A stretch of DNA of 63,914 nucleotides, filler included, from Octopus bimaculoides (Eukaryota): the NCBI RefSeq assembly GCF_001194135.2. It is 6 parts of 5 records of this genome, joined end to end, with 100 filler letters (N's around TTAATTAATTAA, not from the genome) between each part and the next. Parts side by side here need not be neighbours in the genome. Positions count along the whole stretch, not along the records: positions 14,425 to 31,267 come from NC_068981.1; positions 31,368 to 53,542 come from NC_069001.1; 4 more parts are not named here. One strand, 5' to 3'. How positions within the stretch are numbered: position 1 is the stretch's first letter; every line of letters starts with the position of its first letter. A program made the position numbers and the translations under genes. The notes beneath the pieces were generated by a model. It searched no databases and had not been told where the DNA came from. It saw nothing but the letters and a program-made list of their open reading frames with translations. Of this stretch, positions 26,672 to 37,074 are shown piece by piece.

Positions 26672-26875
26672 TTTCTACTCTAGGCACAAGGCCTGAAATT
26701 TTGGGGGAGGGGGCCAGTTGATTAGATCGACCCCAGTACGCTACTGGTAACTAATTTATCGACTCTGAAAGGATGAAAGGCAAAGTCGACCTCGGCAGAA
26801 TTTGAACTCAGAATGTAAAGACAGACGAACTCAGAATGTAAAGACAGACGAACTCAGAATGTTAAGACAGACGAA
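26672..26875 (-). mobile_element. SINE family A copy, 5'-truncated, with a 23-bp triplication
   Basis: ggatgaaaggcaaagtcgacctcggcagaatttgaactcagaatg, with unit gaactcagaatgtaaagacagac x3. Confidence 0.8.
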
Positions 26876-27565
26876 TTTCTGGCCAAAATATCACACCTGT
26901 TTTATGTTCAAACTGGCCGAATTTGGCCTCTCACACCTACTCTACAATGCCATTCTAAAGACAAACAATCACATCACCAAACAACTGAAACCATAAAATA
27001 ATTTATGATTAAATGAGCATTACATTTGGCAGAGGAATCCGAATGCTAAAGGGTTAAATTTAAAACTCTTTCTTTTGAGTTAAAAGAGTTAGAGTTAGTT
27101 ACAAGAATATAATGTAGACAAGTTTTATCTCCTAGCTGCAATAAATTGTAGAATATATTGGTAATTGTATAATATAACTGCTAATACCAATCCTAAAGTT
27201 AGTTTAACTCTAGTTTTCAGACTATTGAATGTAATGCTTATTTATTTGTAGCTTCAAGATTTTGATGATATGATTGATTAGGTTTTGAATGATATTGAAG
27301 GATAAGTGTGAGAGGTGACATCGATTTGGTTTGAAGATAAAGCATATAGAATATTTTGGCTGGATTTGGCTGGCTTAAATAATAAAGGTTTAATGTCTTT
27401 TGTGCTAATAATAATTACACACACAATGTGAGTAATTCTTTGAAGAAAGCTATGAAATTCAAGATAATGCATGAACTACACAACCCCTACCCTCACTAAA
27501 AAAACTTGTCATTTAAATGGCAGAAGCAAATACTTTTTAAATGAAATTTAAAAAAAAATACTAAC

Positions 27566-27693
27566 CTGTTCTTTGTTCTAAAATAGAGTTCAAAATAACT
27601 GCTATAAACTCGGTCAGTTGTTTGTTGTTCACAATAGATTCAAACAAAGGATCTTGTACAAGATCCAACATTTCTGCTGTTATTGTCAGCATC
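27566..27693 (-). CDS. Exon C of ABCA-like gene (MLTITAEMLDLVQDPLFESIVNNKQLTEFIAVILNSILEQRT)
   Basis: Acceptor ttcttatattctacAG and donor CAG|GTTAGT. 128 nt, phase 2 to 1. Confidence 0.8.
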
Positions 27694-28010
27694 CTGTAGA
27701 ATATAAGAATAATTAAATTATATAATAGTAATGGAAATTAAGAAAAAACAATGTAAAGGTATATAACTTATATTTAACAAATGAGAAAGGCATGTAATCC
27801 TGAACAAATATTATTATATGCAGTACAAATCGGTAAATTTATGAGGAATAACACCTTTGTAGGTTAAGTTACTGGATTAATTCAAATCTTAATATTAAAG
27901 CCAATATCTTGTGCCACTGAGCAAGACACATAATCTACTGAAACAATAAAATATGTGATACAACTTGGAATTATGCAAAGTACTGTATATCAAGTCGCTT
28001 GTTAACTATG

Positions 28011-28065
<55 letters not shown>

Positions 28066-28605
28066 TTTGTTTGTTTGTTTAAGATCTGTTCTTTCCATGT
28101 TTGCACAAGTGAGATAGTGAGATGAAGAGTTATTTGAGGAAGATTATCAAGCCAAAGATTTTTCCTGTTTTCAACCATCACTCGTTTTCTAATCAAGGAA
28201 TTTTTATATCCCACAGGCCTTTGGAAGCACAAAGCAACTGGTTGTAATGCTCACCACTTCATTTCTTTTGTAATAAACTAAACATCAGTGCACATGCATG
28301 TACACACACACACATGCACATGCATACTACAGGCTTCATACAATTTTCATTTTTCAATTTCATACGAGAGGCATTAGTTAGCTTGAAGTAATAGTACAAG
28401 GCACTTGCCCAAGGTACCATGCAGTGGTGCTGAACCCAAGACCTTGTGGTTTAGAAGTGAACTTCTTTGTTATACAGCTATGTTATGTTGACACCATTTG
28501 AGAAAAATGTTTAAGAATTGAAAGATCTCAAAAATTTTGTAGGGAATCGAAATATTATAGTTTAAAAGAAGTGAATGGAAAGTTTATTTTACAAATAAAA
28601 CTTAC

Positions 28606-28790
28606 AAATCCATGTGGCTGATAAACTGCATGAATTTTGGGATTTTTCTGCGTAAACATTTGACTGCCTTGCTTGGTGAGTTCAGTGAGTGAATTTGTTT
28701 ATAGAATTGTTCAGGAAAACTGCTGGCTAATTTGGAAAGGTGGTTGCAGTCAGTAGTTTCATTTCCATTTTTAAGCATCATAGATCTCAC
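28606..28790 (-). CDS. Exon B of ABCA-like gene (VRSMMLKNGNETTDCNHLSK...FMQFISHMD)
   Basis: Acceptor tttttttctAG and donor TT|GTAAGT. 185 nt, phase 0 to 2. Coincides with ORF 28602-28790. Confidence 0.8.
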
Positions 28791-29011
28791 CTAGAAAAAA
28801 AAATTGAAAAATAGATGAATGGTGTAAGATTCAGAATCATTGTTATGATGTTTTCTTTTGGCCAGATATGACAATGGCAATAATGATAGATATAACAGAA
28901 GAATCATTATTGATGAGTGGATAAAATGGTTGACTTTTCATTTATTGACTGAGCCTTAAAAAGCAAAAGCAAAAACAAAAAAAAAAAAACAATTACTGAT
29001 TAGGTAAAATA

Positions 29012-29205
29012 TTGATTTCAAATTTTGACACAAGGCTAGCAATTTCAGGGAAGGGAGTAAGTCAATTACATCAACCCCAGTGCTCAACTGGTACTTATTT
29101 TATTGACCTTGAAAGGATGAAAGGCAAAGTCAGTCTTAGTGAAATTTAAATGCAGAATGTAAAGATGGACGAAATGCTGCTAAGCATTTTGCTCAGTGTG
29201 CTAGC
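29012..29205 (-). mobile_element. SINE family A copy
   Basis: Reverse complement of the family A body. Confidence 0.75.
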
Positions 29206-29516
29206 ACCATTTTAGAATAGAGATAAAATTTTCTTTGTTTTTTGTGCATCTAGGGCTGAAGAGGTCATGAATGGTGATGAAAGGACTTTGGTAAAAACAA
29301 CTGATTGTCTGATTAATTGAATGATTAATCAAACAATCAATTAGTTAGTTGGTTAAACAGTTAAATAATTAATCAATAATAACAAAGTGAAATTGAACCA
29401 GTGCATGTGTTTATAACTGGTGTAATGATCCTCTTGAGATACAACAAAATGTGGGTATGCATGCATGTGTGTTATCAATTTGTCATGTCAATATGTCAGG
29501 TCAAACAGTTACTTAC

Positions 29517-29611
29517 TTTATAAAACAATTTTAAGAAGCCAGATTTTTGGACTAAGTCAATTATATTGACAACAGCTTTATCAGATGAATCACATATGAT
29601 GTTTTCTATTT
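29517..29611 (-). CDS. Exon A of ABCA-like multi-exon gene (xIENIICDSSDKAVVNIIDLVQKSGFLKLFYK)
   Basis: Pyrimidine-rich acceptor ttctttatctttcAG and donor AAA|GTAAGT. 95 nt, phase 1 to 0, open frame that joins exon B. Confidence 0.75.
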
Positions 29612-29789
29612 CTGAAAGATAAAGAATCATATCTGAATATTCTATTAGCAATTATCATCATTAATAGAAAAAGATTATTTTTTTAAACAAATGTAAATGT
29701 AATAAATGCCTTCCCACTAAATAAGAATGTAATATGTCTAAAATGAAACAAAATGCATGTAGTCTACTAAAAAATGACTAAACAAGTTC

Positions 29790-30790
29790 ATAATCATTAG
29801 GGTCCTCACAGGCAAGGCACATAGGTATAAAGTCTTCTGGCAAAGTAACATGGATGGAGTAGAGGGTGTAGGCATACTCCTTGCGGAGAAATGGGTGGAT
29901 AAGGTCATAGAGGTTGTCAGGGTATGCGATTGAGTGCTTAACCTCAGGCTATTCCTGCAGAACAGCACAGCTACAATTATCTCTGCCAAGTGGGGTTTTC
30001 AAATAGTCAGAGGGACCATTTGTATGATACTCTTCTACAGGCTACTTCAAAGACAAGTAGCAATGACCTCATCTTTGTAGCTGGCAATTTTAATGGGCAT
30101 ATTGGGTGCAAATCCAGTATCTCCACTGGTGTACACGAGGGCCATGGTATTGGTTCCCGGAATGATGAGGGAACAAGGCTACTGGAGTTTTGTGATGCAT
30201 GTAACCTTTTAATCTGCAATACTAAGTTCAGGAATCCAGACAGTCACCTGATAACCTATCAATCAGGTGACTCTGCTAGCCAGATTGATTTCATCCTCAC
30301 CAGACAGTGGGTTGCTCTTAAATACAAAGACCCTCCCAGGTGAGGAATGCACCCCACCAGCATAGACTAGTCATTAGTGACTTTCGACTTGAGACCAGAA
30401 GGATGCCAAGAAGCAGACCAATCCAGAAGAGAAGGATTTGGAAGCTAAAGAACCCTTCACATGGTCAGAGATTTAGGGACATCATCATCAAGAAATTTGA
30501 TGAGAGGGAAGAGGAGTTACAGTCCTCAGACATAGAAGGTAGCATGAAATTCTTACAAGACAGCTCACTGAGTGCCAAAGACCAAGTCTGCAGATAGTGC
30601 AAAGTCTCTTCCAGACCTAGAGTAACATGATGGTGGAATAATACAGTAGACAAAGCCATCAGAGCAAAGAAACAGGCCTGGAAATCCTAGAAGGGTGGGA
30701 GTAGAGAGAACCATACCAGATAACCAAAAGGGAGGCTGGGTGACAGGTATACATAGCCAAGGGCAAAGCAGAAAAGAAGAAGTTTGCCAA
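29790..30790 (+). mobile_element. Degenerate RTE-clade LINE APE-endonuclease region
   Basis: Fragments GVGILLAEKWVDKV, AGNFNGHIG, GSRNDEGTRLLEFC, ITYQSG...QIDFIL and QHRLVISDF. Frameshifted. Confidence 0.85.
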
Positions 30791-30999
30791 TGTTCGACCC
30801 CAGTCGAACTGTCCAACCCATGCCAGCATGGAAAATGGACGTTAAACAATGAGGATGATGATGATATACATAAATGTCAAATGACAAGAATGAGTGCTCA
30901 ACCCTGCATGAAACCAATAGACTTAATACACAAATATGCATGTATGTATATATGTATGCTCGCCTATTCTTCTACTTCCTCCCTTTGTTTCTCCCTCTA

Positions 31000-31030
<31 letters not shown>

Positions 31031-31367
31031 CTTACCCCTGCATGGTCACTAATCCTTTTCTTCCTTGGCTATCGCTGAGCAAACACGTGAACTTACTTCG
31101 TCCCCACTTTCAAGTTCGTGCCTCACAGCGTTCATATACACATAATTTTTCACGTCTGGCCGTATAGCCTTTTCCGTTTGTTTTCCTGTCTTGTTTTCTT
31201 TTCCGCTTGTTTTCCTGTCTTGTTTTTTGTCCGCCACTACATTCCTCCATGGCACAGGTTTAATTTGNNNNNNNNNNNNNNNNNNNNNNNNNNNNNNNNN
31301 NNNNNNNNNNNTTAATTAATTAANNNNNNNNNNNNNNNNNNNNNNNNNNNNNNNNNNNNNNNNNNNN

Positions 31368-32520
31368 CATCATGATCACCACCATCCTCAGCATCATCAT
31401 CACCACCACCATCATCATCATCACCACCATCAGCATCCTCATCATCATCACCACCATCAGCATCCTCATCATCATCACCACCACCATCATCATCCTCATC
31501 ATTATCATCAGCATCATCACCATCAGCATCATCAGCATCATCATCACCACCATCATCATCACCACCATCATCATCATCCCCACCATCATCATCCTCAGCA
31601 TCATCATCATCACCACCACCATCATCATCCTCAGCATCATCATCATCACCACCATCATCATCCTCAGCATCATCACCACCATCATCATCCTCAGCATCAT
31701 CACCACCATCATCATCCTCAGCATCATCACCACCATCATCATCCTCAGCATCATCANNNNNNNNNNNNNNNNNNNNNNNNNNNNNNNNNNNNNNNNNNNN
31801 NNNNNNNNNNNNNNNNNNNNNNNACCATCATCATCCTCAGCATCATCATCATCACCACCACCATCATCATCCTCAGCATCATCATCATCATCACCACCAT
31901 CATCATCACCACCATCATCATCCTCAGCATCATCATCATCATCACCACCATCCTCAGCATCATCATCATCACCACCATCCTCAGCATCATCATCATCACC
32001 ACCATCTTCATCCTCAGCATCATCATCACCATCCTCAGCATCATCACCACCATCAGCATCATCATCATCACCACCATCCTCAGCATCATCATCACCACCA
32101 CCATCATCATCCTCAGCATCATCATCATCACCATCATCATCCTCAGCATCATCATCATCACCACCATCCTCAGCATCATCATCACCACCATCATCGTCAG
32201 CATCATCACCACCATCATCATCCTCAGCATCATCATCACCACCACCATCATCATCCTCAGCATCATCATCATCATCACCACCATCATCATCCTCAGCATC
32301 ATCATCATCACCACCATCCTCAGCATCATTATCATCACCACCATCATTATCATCACCACCATCATCATCACCACCATCATCAGCATCATCATCATCATCA
32401 CCACCATCGTCATCCTCATCATTATCATCAGCATCATCATCATTACGTCCATCATTATCACAATCATTTTCATTGTCATCATACTCATCGTCATTCTGAT
32501 CCTGAGCATCGTCCTTATCA
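31368..32520. repeat. Long compound (CAT/CAC/CAG)n microsatellite
   Basis: Recurring catcatcatcctcag and caccaccat units. This is the source of the poly-Met, poly-Ser and poly-Ile ORFs. Confidence 0.95.
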
Positions 32521-32617
32521 TCATCGTCGTTCTACTCCTCTCCCTTCTCTTCCTGTGATCAAAACCATCGTCTTTGTCCTCAGGAAGACCGCCATTCCCA
32601 TTCTCAATACAACCACT

Positions 32618-32676
<59 letters not shown>

Positions 32677-33224
32677 GCGCGCGCGCGCGTATGGCCAGCA
32701 GCAATAATAAAAGCAAATTACAACACAGCGATGCCTGTTCATATTCTCTGAGTTAACAACTTTACCACTACCACCACCACCACAACTACTGCCATCGCTT
32801 CTACGACATGAAAGCCCACCAGTATAACTACCGCCACCTCTATCATGATAGCCACTACCACTGCCAGTAATGCCACAGCGAAAACCACAACTGCCACATG
32901 TAAACATGTAAGGAAACAGCGACAACTAGTACCACCACCACCACCACCTCCACCATCACCACAACAACCACCACATATATATATCAACATTCTTCTACTG
33001 GCACTCCATTGGTTACGACGACGAGTGTTCCAGTTGATCCAATCAACGGAACAGCTTGCTCGTGAAATTAACGTGCAAGTGGCTGAGCACTCCACAGACA
33101 CATGTACTCTTAACGTAGTTTTGAGTGATGTTCAGCAGGAACACATAAGGTGACAAGGCTGGCCCTTTGAAATACAGGTACTACACCGTTTGCCAACTGA
33201 CCGGACTGGAGCAACGTGAAATAA

Positions 33225-33584
33225 GGTTCTATATTTAAGAGATGAGGAATTATGTCTATTATTTACATTTGACGGATATTTGTCCTCATCTTGTTTGTTG
33301 TTAACACAAGGTTTCGGCTGAAATACCCTCCAGCCCACGAGCATATGGCGTAGTGGTTAAGAACGCGGGCTACTAACCCCAATATTTCGACTTCGATTCC
33401 AGGCAGTGACATGAATAATAATAATAATAATAATACTAATAATAACATCGAAAAATACCTTAGGAATAAGAACCTAGGTTCGAAATTTCCCAAGACACCT
33501 GATGAAGGCTGGAGGGTATATCAGCCGAAATGTTGTGTTAACAACAAACAAGATGAGGACAAATATCCGTCAAATGTAAATAAT
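33225..33584 (+). mobile_element. tRNA-headed, hammerhead-containing short retroelement with an inverted 3' tail copy, inserted into a SINE
   Basis: GTGAAATAA is duplicated at 33216-33224 and 33585-33593. Inverted repeat 33258-33334 / 33508-33584. A box TGGCGTAGTGG at 33346 and degenerate B box at 33391. Hammerhead core at 33494-33539. Confidence 0.75.
33494..33539 (+). ncRNA. Minimal type I hammerhead ribozyme fold (Penelope-like)
   Basis: Stem I GACAC/GTGTT, core CTGATGA plus one extra A, stem II GGCTG/CAGCC, GAAA, minimal stem III ATGT, and H17=U. Activity is untested. Confidence 0.7.
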
Positions 33585-34759
33585 GTGAAATAAAGTGTCT
33601 TGCTCAAGGTCTCAACGCGTCGCTGGGAATTGAATTCACGACCTTACTGTCGTGAGCCGAATGCCTTAGCCGCTAGGCCACACGCCTACGCTATACCAGC
33701 ATAGCTGGCGACATAATGACGACAATCCACGATAGTCATATCCTCCCCCGCCCCCGCATCCAGCTGAACTACGTAAGCAACCGCCAACGCAATAACCAAA
33801 ACCGCAACAACCACCAACTCAATTATCTCGGTATCATATCGATTATGACTCCTACCACTACAAGAAAAACACCACAGTCAATGCTACGGCAACCAACAGC
33901 AAAACTGGAATAACTCTGACCATTTTGCATCGACTTGCCCATCTCTACACTGTAACCATTAACAAATTCATGACCAGTTCCCTCTTCACTACTGCAACAG
34001 AATACATCAAATTACTACGTCTGTAAGTTTATCATAGTTAACGTTGAGAAAATGCCATGGCGATAATAATATCTTATAATGGTATGGTGTGTTATCAAAA
34101 CAACCTGGAATATTTTACGGCAGAAAACTATAACAACGTATCAAATTAAATCTTGATAGATTAAAAGAATACTGGTGGGACTTAAGGGAAATCAAACCAG
34201 TCCAGTAAAGCCACACCCGATCTGATACTGTGATGTCGGATCACAAAATAAAATCATAGAAAGCTGTAGAAATTTGGTGTTCAGTTGATATCATTGCGAT
34301 TAAATAAAGGCAAAAGAAGTCTATAAAACATTGATGATGTTAGGTATATCAGGTTGTTAATAACGCATTATTTTTATACACAGAATTGGAGCAGAAATTA
34401 TGTACTCAATTGACTATATCTACAATGGGTGGAATATATGTTGTTGGATAAAGAGCTCAGCAAGTTCATCTGTCGGTTAAAGATAACCATGATATCAGAA
34501 GTAATAGATATTTTGCAAGTATTTATGTTGAAAAATTGAATGGCTCCACGAATATGCCAGGAAGGACATGTCTCCCGGCTCTTTCTCTATTGGCAAGAAA
34601 TCGTAATATAAAACTGAATAAGGATATACATACATACATAATATATACATACATACATTCGAAGCGACAAGTCGCGTATTTGGCGTGGGAAACTATTTAT
34701 TGAAAATACGACGAATGCTATCTCCAACTTTGGAGCCACAACAAGCAGCCTTGTTAAAT

Positions 34760-36640
34760 AACTGGTTAATCTTCAGATGAATTTACTAAGGGAGCCTTTT
34801 TATTCACGATCGTAGTGATTTTCGACGGAAACTTGAATTTGAAACTGTACCAGCAAGCTCTCATTGGAAAAAGTAGCATACCACACTGGTTAGCTCTGGC
34901 AGAGACAAAATTGATCCCCAAATGCAGAACCACCCACATGGCAAAAGTCTACCGGCCGATTACATGCCAGAACTTAATGTATAAAATATATACAGTATGT
35001 TTAAATTTCTTCCTCCAGGACCATTGTGAAACCAATAACATCCTCACAGCAGAACAAGCACCTGGGAAGAAGGGAGTCTGGGGCTGTACCGAGTAATTGT
35101 TAATGAACAAAACTGGGATGCCAGAGGTGCGAGAGCATAGGAGGAACCTAGTTTCAATAAGGCTAGACTGCAAGAAAACATTTGACTCTGTTCCCCACCC
35201 ATGGATGCTAGAAGCCCTTCAACTTTCTAAACTTCCAGTGAGGATAGTCAAAGCTGAGCTCACTTCACCTTATGCCACCATCTTGAAATTAAACACGAAG
35301 AGTGAATGTAACATCACCGACAGAATATAGTATCACGAAGGCATATTCCAAGGAGACAGCTTCCCTAAGATGTTGTTTATACTTTCTGTAAACCCCTTGT
35401 CATTCATGTTAAGGAAGTCTGAGAGGAAATAGAAATACTAAAATTACACTCTTTTGTTGTGGATGACTTAAACTTTTATGCATGAGATGAAAAAGAGCCT
35501 TGAACTAGTTACAACATTCTCAAATGATGTAGGATTGGAGTTTGGTCAGGATAAATGTTTGTTATATGACTGTGAAAGGGGGAAAACTATAAACCAGACT
35601 AGTAACATCTCCATTAATGATTTGAGTGTTTCCTCTGTATCTGACGAGGAATGTTACAGGTATCTAAGTGTGGGTGGAAATATATCCTACAGTGGCACCT
35701 GTAACAAAGTACATGTCATTGAAGGATATTACAGCTGAATAAGGAAAATTTGGACCTCAGAAATCTCTACATTCAATAATGTGTTTGCAGTGCCAGTACT
35801 CATACCAACATTTGGGTTGCTTGATTGCACGCTTAATGAGATCCGAGCCCTTGATGTGAAAACCCGAAAAATACTAACAGGCACACATAATTTCCACATG
35901 GACAGTGATGTAGACCGCCTCTACCTAAAACGAAAACAAGGCGGAAGGGGCTTAACATCGATCCGAAATGACTTAGAATGTCGCATCATATCCCTTCGGC
36001 AACATCTTTTAACCACCAAGTGTCGAAGTGCATCCCTTGACCAATTTTGCATACATGAGGCTGATAGCATCATAAGACTTGGAAGGTAGCTCCTTGAGCA
36101 ACACTCTTTGTTTGATAACCCAAAATATATGGCCAAAGAAGTCACAAGATTCTACCGCAGCGTATCATCAGATGAAAGGATGAGCCTATATGAGCAGAAG
36201 ACTATGCATGGATATGTTAGTAGAAAGCTCCTTGATGATAGTAACATCGATCATCAAAGCAGTTTATCATGGACCAATAGCCGGATTACAATCCCCTACT
36301 TTGAAGGGTATATGTTTGCAATCCAGGAACAGGAAATATCAGCCAAGTACCTCATGCACAAAAGGGATAGAGATGCAGGTAAAGCCGTAAAGTGTGACAT
36401 CCGATGCAGGCTTTGTGGAGTTCACACTGAAGATATCACCCACATCATAAGCAGTTGTCCGAAAATGTCATCACGGTATATTCAGCCGATGAGACATGAC
36501 GTTGTAGCTAGGACACTCTATAATGAAATCCGCTGGAAGGATAATCCCTAAGACAAAGAAGCAAGAATCCACAATATGGTAGAAGCCATAGCCACTCATA
36601 ATAGAAAAGGAATACTGGTGGAATGTATCATGCGTACACT
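34760..36640 (+). mobile_element. Degenerate R4/Dong-like LINE (RT plus CCHC region)
   Basis: Fragments YRPITCQNLMYKIYT, LDCKKTFDSVPHPWM, GIFQGDS, DVDRLYLKRKQGGRGL and CRLCGVHTEDITHIISSC...RHD. Many stops. Confidence 0.85.
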
Positions 36641-37035
36641 TGCATACCAAGACATCCAACTATATGCATGAGAATACATACACAAAACATACCAATTTTC
36701 ATATACATGCATACACACAAAAATGATGATGTTGAAATTCCAATGAAGGAACCTTGAATCTAGGTTAGAAACCGGCTCTTTCTCTACTGACAAGAAATCT
36801 TGAAATAGACTGCATCATGTCATACATATATCCATGACTTAACAGATCCTGTCAAGTCGTGCAATTAAGTTAGACATAGTGTGGGGGCAATCTATGGCCG
36901 AAGCATCTAAATTATCTAAGTCTATATATATATATNNNNNNNNNNNNNNNNNNNNNNNNNNNNNNNNNNNNNNNNNNNNNNNNNNNNNNNNNNNNNNNNN
37001 NNNNNNNNNNNNNNNNNNNNNNNNNNNNNNNNNNN

Positions 37036-37074
<39 letters not shown>

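Larger units (their letters stand above)
32985..33690 (-). mobile_element. SINE family C copy interrupted by the 33225-33584 insertion
   Basis: ggcactccattggttacgacg...gagcaacgtgaaataa resumes as gtgaaataaagtgtcttgctcaagg. Compare the uninterrupted junction at about 23676-23705. Confidence 0.8.

Noticed and set aside
26804-26872. CRISPR-like or other prokaryotic arrays
   Set aside because: The short repeats are head-to-tail with no unique spacers, there are no cas genes, and the context is eukaryotic.
31320-32716. Long poly-Met, poly-Ser and poly-Ile ORFs
   Set aside because: Translation of a (CAT)n compound microsatellite plus N gaps.
33339-33408. tRNA-like sequence as a real tRNA gene (also the heads of SINE families A-C)
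   Set aside because: The acceptor stem and cloverleaf are incomplete and the B box is mutated. These are SINE heads.
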